A stretch of DNA of 63,594 nucleotides, filler included, from Octopus bimaculoides (Eukaryota), in NCBI RefSeq assembly GCF_001194135.2. It is 7 parts of 7 records of this genome, joined end to end, with 100 filler letters (N's around TTAATTAATTAA, not from the genome) between each part and the next. Parts side by side here need not be neighbours in the genome. Positions count along the whole stretch, not along the records: positions 28,240 to 41,182 come from NC_068994.1; positions 41,283 to 44,586 come from NC_069010.1; positions 44,687 to 53,680 come from NC_068981.1; 4 more parts are not named here. One strand, written 5' to 3'. The translations under genes were made by a program, and so were the position numbers. Below the pieces are notes generated by a model. That model was given only the letters and a program-made list of their open reading frames with translations. It had not been told where the DNA came from and ran no database searches. This document shows positions 40,724-52,119 of the stretch, piece by piece (within the stretch, counting starts at the first letter, position 1; the number at the start of each line of letters is the position of its first letter).

Positions 40724-42063
40724 ATGTGTACATACATATTTCAAAACAAAAGCACAGTCGTATGGATGACAAAACACACCTTATTGTTAGTTGAAATATA
40801 TAGATCCAGTGACTCGATAAGAAGTTAAATAAATGAAGGAAAGAAATTAAATCTTATATAAAATGATATGAAAGTAGCCAACAGCACTGGTGATTAGTCT
40901 CGTTGTAGTTGATTACAGTTCTCACAAATCTAATTTCAGAGTTTTGATATTACCAAGCATTCAGCAAAAGTTTACAGACATAAACTCTACAGATAGGAAT
41001 CTATTTCAGATTCATCTCATCCATAGATAATTAACTTAGACTGGTCTACAAGAAACAATTGACACTTTCACAGGTCATTTTTCTGTCCAGGCACGCAACA
41101 ACATTGCTGTAGCTAACTGACGATGGTCATAAATAAACTCTCACACATAGAGACACAGGCACGATATAAATATATATATATANNNNNNNNNNNNNNNNNN
41201 NNNNNNNNNNNNNNNNNNNNNNNNNNTTAATTAATTAANNNNNNNNNNNNNNNNNNNNNNNNNNNNNNNNNNNNNNNNNNNNAAATTAGGAAGATTAATT
41301 TATTTTGAAATATTTTATACTAAAAAATAAAAGAAACGGAAAACGGACACTCGCAAATATAAACAATATATATCTTGGATATATTTCTCCATTTCCAGGC
41401 GTTTCTAAAAATGCGCCTTAACGCGAAAGCCTTTGAGGTTCCATTAGACATTAACCCATTACCTACCAGTGATCTCATATGAGATCACTTAAGAATTACA
41501 AATTTCGTAATTATCTGTTGAGATGCTCTGTGTTTCTTTCAACTGATTTTGAATATAATAAAGAATTTCGTAAAATAACTTAGGAACATAAATTGTGACC
41601 AAAGTTTGGTGGCAGATTTTAAATCGGAACTCTTGAGCACAAAGTATGAAAAGGCTTCCAGTTTCATTGAAATATGAGATTGCCAAGGAAATTTCAATTT
41701 ATCATTGCAGTAATATTGTCAAATTTCTACTGTTGAGCTTTGTGAGACCACTACTGAGACGCCTCCGAAAAAAAAGAAAACCGTTGGAAAACAATTTATA
41801 GCAGAGACTCCAGCTAAGAAGATCTGAAGAAGGAATTGTAATTCCGAAATATCATTGGACTCTAGATAACCAAATTACAACAAGTATATAATCCATTATT
41901 TTTTGTTTTATAGTGCATTGTTGTACCATTCTAAACTTTTTATTCTTTAAATTTCTACGTATCCTCTCCAGTTGACACAGTTTCTCTGATATTTCAGATA
42001 ACCAGAAGACACTGGCAGTAAAGAATACTTCAGTGGTCGGAATCAACGTTTACCATCTTTTAA

Positions 42064-42283
42064 CCCTTTAGTGTTCAAACCGGCTATATCCGGCCCAAAT
42101 ATTCTACTCATTTTATGCTCAAACTGGCTAGAACCAGTATCTCACACCTACCCTGCAATGTCATTCTAAAAATAAACAGCTACATCTTTCAACCCTTGAA
42201 GCTACAAGATAATACCAGATTAACTTTTGAAAATGTAAATGAATAAGGATTACTTTTGACATATTAATTTGAACGCTAAAGGG
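42064..42283. mobile_element. piggyBac-type MITE (220 bp)
   Basis: TTAA on both sides. Termini CCCTTTAGTGTTCAAA...TTGAACGCTAAAGGG. Confidence 0.85.
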
Positions 42284-42508
42284 TTAAAGATTAAAGGAAA
42301 ACATCACAAGGAACAGATATAACTCGGAATATGTAAACACATGATGGAATTACTGTGGAATATTTCTTTTGAGTGAAACTATTAGCAAAATATCTCTGCT
42401 TCACTGTCTGGAATATGTTAAAGATGATATGGTATTCTAATTAAACTTGTCTTACAAAGGAGTTTGAGGTATCTTCAGATATTGACTGAGAGAAGATTAA
42501 CAGAAATA

Positions 42509-43794
42509 TTAGTTTGTCCAGAAAGTTCTGAGTGTTTTTAAGCTTAATCGTTTAACGCATCATTGAACACATCTGAAACATGACACAGTTAAAACTTTGG
42601 CATTGCTTGAAGTGGTAGTGCATCTCTTCCTTGTTCCTGACTAAAACTAGATTGATCTTTTATTCTTGTGACCCTTTATTCGCATTTGAAATGGATAACC
42701 AGAAATTCCATATTCGTGTTGTAATGCTTTTCTTATTTAAAAAGGGGGAAAATGCTGCAAAGACTTGCAAAAACATTTGTGAAGTTTATGGTGATGATGC
42801 TGTGGGTGAATCGACTGTTCGAAGGTGGTTTGCGAAATTTAAAACTGGAGAGTTTAGCTTGGAAGATGACAGTCGCAGTGGAAGACCCTCAAAATTGGAT
42901 GAAGAGGTTTTGAAGGCAAAAATCGAAGGAAACTCAAATATCACGACGAGAGAACTTGCAAAGGAGCTCGAAGTTTCTAAAAGTACGGCTCATGAACACC
43001 TGGTGAAGCTTGGATACAATTCTCGCTATAATGTGTGGGTCCCTCACAAACTCTCAGAAAAGAATTGCTCGGATCGGTATTCCGTTTGTGATATGCTTTT
43101 GAAACGGAATGAAAGTACCCCTTTTTTGAAACAACTTGTAACTGGAGATGAAAAATTGATTGTGTACGAAAAGACAGTGCGGAAAAGATCCTGGAGTTTA
43201 CACAAAGACCCCTCAAAACAGCAGCTAAAGACAAATATCCATACCAAAAAAGCTATGCTTTGTGTTTGGTGGGATCATAAAGGCATTATTTATTATGAGC
43301 TTCTCCCACGAAACCAGGCCATTAATTCTGACGTGTACTGTCGTCAGCTGGCTAAATTGAACCAAAAAATCAAAGAACTGAGGCCGGAGATTGCCAACAC
43401 GAAAGGGGTAGTGTTCCAAGAAGACAATGCCCGACCACATGTATCTTTGGCTACCCGAACAAAGTTACATGAACTTGGCTGGGATCTCTTACCTCATCCA
43501 CCATATTCTCCTGATATTGCGCCATCTAGCTACCACTTGTTTTTCTCTCTACAGAACTCAATGCAAGGAAAAACATTTAAAGATTTAGATGGAGTCAAAA
43601 TGCATCTAGATAACTTTTTTTCTTCAAAACCAGTCAAATTCTACGCTGATGGAATATTGAAATTGCCTGATAGATGGGCAAAGGTCATTAATAATAATGG
43701 AAATTATTTCATTGAATAAAATTTATTGAAAGGTCAATTATTTATATCCCTGTTTGCATATTAAAAAATGCTCAGAACTTTCTGGACAACCTTA
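42509..43794 (+). mobile_element. Full-length mariner (Tc1/mariner, DD34D family) transposon, 1286 bp
   Basis: TA duplication at 42507-42508 and 43795-43796. TIRs of about 31 bp (TTAGTTTGTCCAGAAAGTTCTGAGTGTTTTT) with 4 mismatches between arms. Internal transposase ORF. Confidence 0.97.
42691..43719 (+). CDS. Mariner transposase, 342 aa, open frame; third catalytic Asp replaced by Ser
   Basis: HTH N-terminus, WVPHKL, TGDEK, DNARPH and YSPDIAPSSY (canonical YSPDLAPxDY). True ATG at 42691; the ORF-track start at 42631 is an upstream TTG. Confidence 0.93.
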   Translation: MDNQKFHIRVVMLFLFKKGENAAKTCKNICEVYGDDAVGESTVRRWFAKFKTGEFSLEDDSRSGRPSKLDEEVLKAKIEGNSNITTRELAKELEVSKSTAHEHLVKLGYNSRYNVWVPHKLSEKNCSDRYSVCDMLLKRNESTPFLKQLVTGDEKLIVYEKTVRKRSWSLHKDPSKQQLKTNIHTKKAMLCVWWDHKGIIYYELLPRNQAINSDVYCRQLAKLNQKIKELRPEIANTKGVVFQEDNARPHVSLATRTKLHELGWDLLPHPPYSPDIAPSSYHLFFSLQNSMQGKTFKDLDGVKMHLDNFFSSKPVKFYADGILKLPDRWAKVINNNGNYFIE

Positions 43795-44143
43795 TATAAG
43801 AATAAATACTTGTTAGGTGTAAAAGAAATTAAGTTCAGAAAAAGGAAAACATCTGAAGATTGTGGTAAGAGAAGGAAAATGATGGAAGAGGAATTCTGTG
43901 AAGGCAATGTTAAGTGTAAATCAGAATTTGAAAATAATGATTTTCTTCAATGTGATGCCAAAAGATGGAGGAAAAAAATCCTATTCTTATGATATATGTA
44001 AAACGCCATTTTCTCGAAAATGTTGGTAGAAAGTGCTGGTAGAAATTCCATATGTTGTTCCCAGTGCAAGCTTTGGACTCAAGTGATATCAAAAGGAAGG
44101 TAACAAAGAATAGAGTTTTGTTCTTATAGCTGATTCCCTATGC

Positions 44144-44437
44144 CAAGGGTTTTCAAACTGCGGTCCGCGGACCACAGGGGGTCCGCAAAGACATGACAGG
44201 GGGTCCGTAGACAGCAAATACTTTTTATGGGCAATTTAATTTTATATGTTTTTTTAATCGAAATCTTTTAATTGACAATAAACCTATTTGTTAAATACTG
44301 TTAAATAAATAAATGTAAAAATATGTTATTTTAAGCGAATATTTATGTATAAATTTCATAAGCGTTTATAAGGGGGTCCCTAAGGTAAAGCCTGAAATAT
44401 AAAGGGGTCCGTAAGTCAAAAAGTTTGAAAACCCCTG
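44144..44437. mobile_element. hAT (Charlie-like) MITE, 294 bp
   Basis: TIRs CAAGGGTTTTCAAACT / AGTTTGAAAACCCCTG. 8-bp TSD CCCTATGC at 44136-44143 and 44438-44445. Repeated GGGGTCC subterminal motifs. Confidence 0.92.
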
Positions 44438-44992
44438 CCCTATGCGACGTAAAGAAGAAACTCACGCCACCCACCCTCACCATCCGATTGTTTCTGTTTG
44501 TAATTTTAGAATATTGGAGAAGGTCATTGCTGGGATTTATCCACAGTGATTAAGAAAAGTATGTAAGATATCGTTTATTTTAATAGNNNNNNNNNNNNNN
44601 NNNNNNNNNNNNNNNNNNNNNNNNNNNNNNTTAATTAATTAANNNNNNNNNNNNNNNNNNNNNNNNNNNNNNNNNNNNNNNNNNNNACACACAGAAAGAA
44701 AGAAAGAATGAACGAAAGAAAGAAAGAGGCTTGACGACTAAAATTATAATAGAAGGGAGTGGCTGTTCGATCCACAAGCGCGTGCACACACACACACATA
44801 CACACACACACACACATACACACATATACATACAAGCATACATACATACATACATACATACATACATACATACATACACTTTACGCACACACGTGCACAC
44901 AGTTTGTTCTAACAGAACTTCCACGTTTAAGTGGCGATAAATATTACGTCTCTGAAGGTGTGTGTGTGTATGTGTGCGTGTATCTGTGTGTG

Positions 44993-45033
<41 letters not shown>

Positions 45034-45508
45034 TAGCAGGAGAGAGAGAGGGGCAGAAAGAAAAGTTGACAGTATATGACGGAAGCAGAGCAGGTAGAGT
45101 GAGTGAGTGAGTGAGGGCGAGCGAAAGAGAGANNNNNNNNNNNNNNNNNNNNNNNNNNNNNNNNNNNNNNNNNNNNNNNNNNNNNNNNNNNNNNNNNNNN
45201 NNNNNNNNNNNNNNNNNNNNNNNNNNNNNNNNNNNNNNNNNNNNNNNNNNNNNNNNNNNNNNNNNNNNNNNNNNNNNNNNNNNNNNNNNNNNNNNNNNNN
45301 NNNNNNNNNNNNNNNGAGAGAGAGAGAGAGAGAGAGAGAGATGTTGTTCGGGCGGGAGGTGGACGAAGCCGATATGAGCGAGCGATGGCGATGGAGGAGG
45401 ATAAGCGGAACCGAACAAAATGAAGACGCGAACGAACGGAGATGAAAGGGGATAGGATCGTAATTTCAAGTGCAGGGCATGTGCTTATGCATGTGTTTGT
45501 GTGTGTGT

Positions 45509-45544
<36 letters not shown>

Positions 45545-45629
45545 GTGTATGTGCATGTGTGTGTATCTATATCTCTCTTTCTCTCTCTCTGTCTGTCTGT
45601 CTGTCTGTCTCTGTCTCTCTGTCTCTCTG

Positions 45630-45664
<35 letters not shown>

Positions 45665-45789
45665 GGTTGTGACGCTTGCATGTGTGTGTATATATGTATA
45701 TATGCGTTGGTGTATATGTCCTCGCACCTATGTTTACGTTTGAAGGATACGTGTTTACGTTTTATTTACGCGTGTCCATAAAGAGCTTA

Positions 45790-46148
45790 CAGGCGCGGGT
45801 TTGTGCAAACAATTTTGTTTCCCGACCACATGGTTCTGGGTTCATCCCACTGCGTTGCATCATGAGTGTCCTTAATTAACCAAAGTTTTGTAAGTGGATT
45901 TGATAGAGGTATACACATATATATGTATGTATATGTGTGTGTGTGTTGTTTTTTGCCGCTCACCACTACTTGACAATCGGTGTTGGTCTGTTTACGTCAC
46001 AGAAACTAGCGGATCGACATAAGGAAACCAACAGAATGAGTAATAAATTTTTTTAAAAATAAATACAGGAGTCGAGGTGTTCGACTAAAAATCTTTTCAA
46101 GGTTGTGCCCCAGCATAGCCGCTGTCTAATGACTGAAACATGTAAATC
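45790..46148 (+). mobile_element. SINE family S2, diverged full length
   Basis: Head ...CCACATGGTTCTGGGTTCATCCCACTGCG, internal (TG) tract and GACTGAAACA tail. Confidence 0.75.
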
Positions 46149-46652
46149 TTTACGCGTGTACTTCTGTGTGTCATGTCTAGATTAGTACACACACACACAC
46201 ATAAACACACAAACAAACGCACGCACACACACGCACAGGTGTGCGCGCTTTCATTTTTTTTTATCAATTTAGAATCCAACACTGGTCCAGTTTGTTGCAT
46301 TCTTAAAAACAACCCATCGTTGCATCGAGATAATTCGTCCTGATTACAATGACTCCCATAAACTGGTCAGTCTAATTTGCATAAGAGTACTTACCTTGGC
46401 CACGTGGATTAATTAATTAATTAATTAGTGCCCTATACGACGTTTTCGATCATTTGAAATACCATCAAAGGTACTTCTGATGAGAAAACAGTCAAGTCCG
46501 AAAATCGATTAAAGGTTGTTGATCATTTTTGTCAATCAACAGAGAAATAGCTAAATTAGCTCTGTTTATATATCTCCTATATATGTTTCGTATATCATAT
46601 CTTACTTCGATACTTTGTAGACTGAGTTCCCCGTTGTCAAACCCCTGGTATT

Positions 46653-47274
46653 AAATCCTTTCTACTATAGGCACACAGCCTGAAATTTGGTGGCAGGGGG
46701 TGGGCAGCCGATTAGATCGACCTCAGTATGCAACTGGTACTTAATTCATCGACCTCGGCGGAATTAGAACTCAGAATATAAAGACAGACGAAATATCGCT
46801 AAGAATTTCACCCGGTGTGCTAACGACTCTGCCAGCTCGCCGTCTTGCTCCTGATATTTCCTTATAGTCCATAGGGGGCTAAACATAGAGGGGACAAACA
46901 AGGACAGACAAAGTGATTAAGTCGATTACAGTGACCCCAGTGCGTAATTGGTACTTATTTAATCGACTCCGAAAGGATGAAAGAAAAGTCAACTTCGTCG
47001 GAATTTGAACTCAGAACGTAACGGCAGACGAAATACCGCTAAGCATTTCGCCCGGCGTGCTAACGATTCTGCCAGCTCGCCGCCTTGCCCCTGATATTCT
47101 TTTCTACTCTAGGCACAAGGCCCGAAATTTTGGGAGAGGGGCCAGTCGATTAGATCGACCCCAGTACTCAACTGGTACTTATTTTATCGACCCCGAAAGG
47201 ATGAAAGGCAAAGTCGACCTCAGTAGAATTTGAGCTCAGAACGTAAAGACAGACGAAATACCGTTCGCTGTCTT
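46653..47274 (-). mobile_element. Three head-to-tail S3 SINE monomers (46653-46846, 46860-47086, 47099-47274)
   Basis: Each has the S3 head and core; tails alternate A/B/A. Units are separated by a repeated 11-12-bp motif. Confidence 0.9.
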
Positions 47275-47567
47275 GTCCCTAATATTAAATAAAATATTAA
47301 ACGCTTATGGTATGGAAATTGATAGCACCAGTTTTCTGTAGTTTCTAGATTTGTTTGTAGTTTCTAGATTTGAGTATATGAACAGGTTAGATGCTCATTT
47401 TCTGGTGTTGGTCAAATTGATGTAGACACCTCTGATTAGAAGTCAATATGGTTCAAAAATCAATTAAAATCGTTATTTATTTATTTATTTATTTATTTTT
47501 TGTTTTTATCAATCTATGGAGAAATGGCTAAATTTGCTCTCTTTATAAATTTAATATATAAATTACA

Positions 47568-47790
47568 TAGGGCACTGGGCTGGCAGAATCGTTAGCACTC
47601 CGGGCAAAATGTTTAGTGGCATTTCTTCCGTCGTGTTCTGAGTTCAAATTCCACCTAGGTCGACATTGCCTTTCATCCTTCTGGGATCGATAAAATAAGT
47701 TCCAGTTGAGCATTGGGCCCGGTGTAATCGACTTATGCCACCACCCCCACTCCCAAGAAATTGCTCTGTGCCACAATTTGAAATCAATAT
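47568..47790 (+). mobile_element. SINE S3 monomer
   Basis: GCTGGCAGAATCGTTAGCAC head and core GTCGACATTGCCTTTCATCC. Confidence 0.85.
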
Positions 47791-47796
47791 ATAGGT

Positions 47797-47828
<32 letters not shown>

Positions 47829-48110
47829 TGTATGAGGAAGTTTGTATGTATACACAAAACATAAACATATTTATTTATAAACATAAGCATATTTATGTCA
47901 AATCGCTATTAGGCGCTACTGAAACATCCAACACCTAATGATCAGGTCGTGGCCGACTTAACAGGCGCTGACGCAAGAGTGAGGCTGTCAGCAAGACAAA
48001 ACAATACCTGCCAAAACGACAGTTGAACTTATAACAGAAAAGGTCAAGGACTTTGGAAATATCGCTCAATAGAATCCGGGTGACTGTGACATAAAATTAT
48101 AGAGACTCAC

Positions 48111-48195
48111 CAAGCCGAGTTTCGACCGTCTGCCGCAGATGTAAAGACCAGGTGGTGTCTGACGCGGGATAATTCACCGCATGGGCGGAGAGCAT
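48111..48195 (-). CDS. Candidate 85-bp exon (x-ALRPCGELSRVRHHLVFTSAADGRNSA-W in phase 1, or MLSAHAVNYP... in phase 0)
   Basis: TTTTAAGCAG acceptor and GTGAGT donor. GC-rich relative to its flanks. Confidence 0.5.
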
Positions 48196-48669
48196 CTGCT
48201 TAAAACTACGTCGGAGGCAGTAAGTTTGAATACATGCGTGCCTCTATAATGCACACTCACGGGCACGCGCGTGTGCGCGCGCACACACACACACGCACAT
48301 ATATACATACATATATGTATAAATGTGGATATATTAGTATGAATATAAATATATACATATACATAGAAACATGCACTCACGCACATACCGAGAGATATAT
48401 ATCTCATTTAAAGGTTTTAGCATATATATGTATGTGTGTGTGTGTGTGTGTGCATATATGAATATATATATATACATATATGCATTTATATTCACATACA
48501 CACACACACAAGAGAGAGAGAGAGAGAGGGAGAAAGAGAGACGTCATAAGAATGTTGCAACTTCGAGAGAACGTGAAATAATTTTAAGAATGTTGAAACT
48601 CGAAACAGATAAAGCTATAAATTCTAGCGTGTAAATTTTGGATCAAGCCAATCCTTCGAACAATAAGGA

Positions 48670-48714
<45 letters not shown>

Positions 48715-48715
48715 G

Positions 48716-48920
48716 AGGTGGCGGTGAGCTGGTAGAATCATTAGCACACTGGGCGAAATGCTTAGCGATATTTCGTCTGCTGCTACGTTCTGAGTTCAAA
48801 TTCCCCCGAGGTCGACTTTGCCTTTCATCCGTTCGAGGTCGATAAATTAAGTTGAGTACTGGGATTGATGTAATCGACTATCGCCATTCCCCAAATTTCA
48901 AGCTTTTGCTTATAGTAGAA
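48716..48920 (+). mobile_element. SINE S3 monomer
   Basis: GAGGTGGCGGTGAGCTGGTAGAATC head and conserved core. Confidence 0.85.
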
Positions 48921-49201
48921 ATAATTATTATTATTGTTATTATTATTNNNNNNNNNNNNNNNNNNNNNNNNNNNNNNNNNNNNNNNNNNNNNNNNNNNNN
49001 NNNNNNNNNNNNNNNNNNNNNNNNNNNNNNNNNNNNNNNNNNNNNNNNNNNNNNNNNNNNNNNNNNNNNNNNNNNNNNNNNNNNNNNNNNNNNNNNNNNN
49101 NNNNNNNNNNNNNNNNNNNNNNNNNNNNNNNNNNNNNNNNNNNNNNNNNNNNNNNNNNNNNNNNNNNNNNNNNNNNNNNNNNNNNNNNNNNNNNNNNNNN
49201 N

Positions 49202-50344
49202 NTAACACCTCTTATTTTTCGAGCACCATCCAGAGTATTCAAGCGGTTCCAAGCAGTTCTGTTTTCTGCAAGTACTCCACCCTTATTGCAGCCTCTATTT
49301 GTTCCATGTACTTCTCAAGATTTTTACCCACTGTTCCCAGGGCTCCGACAACTATTGGTACTCCTACCACCTTTTTTTTATCGACAACAACTGCTTAACC
49401 TCCCCAGCTAACCTGTCATATCTATCGACTTTTCTTTCTTCCTTATCGCATACCTTATTGTCAGCTGGGCATGCTATATCTATGATCCAACATCGTTTGC
49501 TTTCTTTTTCAATTAACACTGTCTGGTTTCCTATTCTCTATCTCATGGTCGCACTGAATCATAAAATCCCACAGAATCTTTGCATTATCATTTTCGAAGA
49601 TGCCTTCGGGTTTATGGTCATACAAAGCTTTTGCTCTGTCAAGTCCATACTTGTTGCAAAGTGTCCAATGGACAAGCCTTGCTATATTGTGGCGTCTCTT
49701 ATATTCCTTCTGAGATAGTGGCCTACATTGACTGGTAATATGCCATGCAGTTTCACCATTTTGTCCTCAAATTCTGTACTTATCACTTTCTGATGTGTTG
49801 TCTATTCTGTATTTTATGTAGTTTGTTCTTAGTGCTTGCTCTTGGGCAGCACAGATTAGATCCTCCGTTTCCGGTTTTAAATCACTTTTAGTCATCCACA
49901 GTCATCTTTTTTCTCTGTCCGTCTTATCTTCAACATTCCTATGAAATTGTCCATGCATTCTTTTCTTTACCCACCTATTTTCAGTTTCATTCGTTTTCAA
50001 TTGCTTGTACAGTGCTTTATCTTTGCAATCTTTCATCCTAGACATGCCTGACCTTCTTACTTCTAATAATAGCGATTGTGTGGAATTTTTTACATACCAT
50101 GCTATGTTGTTTTCTTCTGCTCTAATGCTGTGTTCGCATCCAATAAGTCCTCTTCCCCTTCTTTTTCTTGGTACATACAGTCTGTCTGTGTCACTTTTTG
50201 GGTGGAGTGTCCCATGTCTAGTTAGCAGCTTCCTTGTCTTTCTTTCTAAGCTGTTTAGTTCGTCTACTGTCCATGCGATTACCCCTCCTCCATATCTAAG
50301 GAGTGAAACCGCCCAGGTGTTCATAACTTCAATCTTATTCCGTC

Positions 50345-50345
<1 letters not shown>
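49202..50345 (-). mobile_element. 5'-truncated RLE-type (R4/Dong-like) non-LTR retrotransposon
   Basis: INTWAVSLLRYGGG...LHPKSDTDRLYVPRKRRGRGL, MHGQF, AAQEQAL, and the endonuclease region WDFMIQCDHEIENRKPDIVL...IDIACPADN...PIVVGALG. A few lesions. Confidence 0.9.
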
Positions 50346-50414
<69 letters not shown>

Positions 50415-50420
<6 letters not shown>

Positions 50421-50940
50421 TTACTTTTAGAGACACATCCAGTGTCCTGGGGAGAGATGTTTATGGTATGACTGAAAGCTTGAGGAGGGGAGGTAGTGAA
50501 ATATCTCCATGTAATACAACATACATTTAAATGGATAGGGTTTTTCTAAGGATGCGGGCAGTACTTTCAGCACAATCTTTTGGATTTCTCTGACACATGG
50601 TTCTCCTGGGATATTATTTACATGTTTCTGACATCCCTTTTTAAAATCATACCTAGGACACCCACAATAACAGGAACAATTCTAGTTTTAAGATGCCACA
50701 TCTTTTGTATTTCAGTTTCCAAGTCTTAGAATTTACTAAGTTTGTCAAATTCCTTGACAGATATATTTTATCAGTGGGAACACTTACATTTATTAGTCTA
50801 CACGTATTTTCTTCTCTTCTGTCTTTAATAATTATGTCTAGTCGATTAGCCTTCATCGTTCTGCCAGTGTTGACTGGAAAATCTCAGAGGGTAGTGACAT
50901 TTTTAGCTTCAATAACTGGCTAAGGATGAAGTTCATACCA
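50415..50940 (-). mobile_element. Second, more decayed RLE-type LINE 3' fragment
   Basis: KANRLDIIIKD...INVSVPTD..., and EIQKMWHLKTRIVPVIVGVLG in an alternate frame. Confidence 0.75.
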
Positions 50941-51349
50941 GAAAGCAGGAGTGCTGATTTTTTGTAGTGTTTACAAATTTTCCAATGCAAATACTGTCCT
51001 ATGTATGTCCGTATGTATATTCCTATGTATGTCGTTATTTTTCATATTTGTTTAGTACGATTTTCATCTCAAGATAAATTAATATTGATCAGGCATTTAG
51101 TTGACTGACAATTTTAGAGCATAAACTTTAAAAAAATTATTTTATGGTATAAATGAACAGGAGCCATCGCATGTGATGGATCTTATTTTTTGTAATGTAT
51201 AGCCATTATCTTTCTGATTAACCAACGAGGGAGTATTTACATAGTCACTCAGCATATTAGAAATAGTGAGCCAATATCCTATAAAAGATCACACACAACC
51301 TAATAAATCGTTTTTAACGGTGGAACTCGAAGTAGATTAAATTTAAAAA

Positions 51350-51560
51350 CAATCCTTTCTACTATAGACACCAGATCTGAAATTTTGTGGAAAGGGACTA
51401 GTCGATTACATCATCCACCGTGCTTTACTGGTACTTATTTCACCAAGTCCGAAAAGATGAAAGGCAAAGTCGACCAAGGGAGAATTTGAACAGAAAACAT
51501 GAAAACAGACGGAATGCCACTACACATTTTGTCCGGCGTGCTAACAATTCAGTCGGCTTA
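51350..51560 (-). mobile_element. SINE S3 monomer, diverged
   Basis: Reverse S3 core ...GAAAAGATGAAAGGCAAAGTCGACC.... Confidence 0.75.
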
Positions 51561-52036
51561 CCAACTTAAATAAAGCTGTAATTAGTAGCATGTAGAATAT
51601 TGGGCTAAAAGTCATTATACTGCTCAAGCACCATTGGAAGCACATCTAAACCACAGAAGATGTAAATTCGAGTCCTACGAGTAACTTTCCCCATTTTATC
51701 TATCCAAGGCCATTTTTTTTGTAACCCATTATTCTACATGCTATTATTTATAACTTTACTTTTATTTCCAGTGTTAAAAAAACTTTTCTCAAGGCGGTGC
51801 CCGAGCATAGCTACAGTCAAATGAGTGAAACAAGTAAAAAAAATGAAAGAATATCTCTCAAAGTCTAAAAAGAAAAGAGAGAAATAAAATTCTTTTACTG
51901 CACACGATATACGCAACTTTCTTTTTTTTTATAAATGGACACATTGAATAAAATAGTTCTAGAATGCACATTCTAAAAGGAAGGTTTGACAACACTAGAA
52001 TGACTTTCATTGTAGGGTTGCTCTTTCAGAACTCAC

Positions 52037-52119
52037 CTTGGGCTAAACCAACAACTACCCTTTTCCTTATTGGCCTGGAGCAGTGGATCCGGTCTTGGTT
52101 CTTTTCTGTTTGGCTGCAC
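52037..52119 (-). CDS. Coding exon (VQPNRKEPRPDPLLQANKEKGSCWFSP-R), probably the same unidentified gene as 58497-60587
   Basis: AATTTCCTCAG acceptor and AG|GTGAGT donor. 83 bp, open from phase 0 to phase 2. Confidence 0.65.

Noticed and set aside
46653-47274. Regularly repeated units suggestive of a CRISPR-like array
   Set aside because: The units are ~200-bp SINE monomers. There are no short repeats with unique spacers or cas genes, and the context is eukaryotic.
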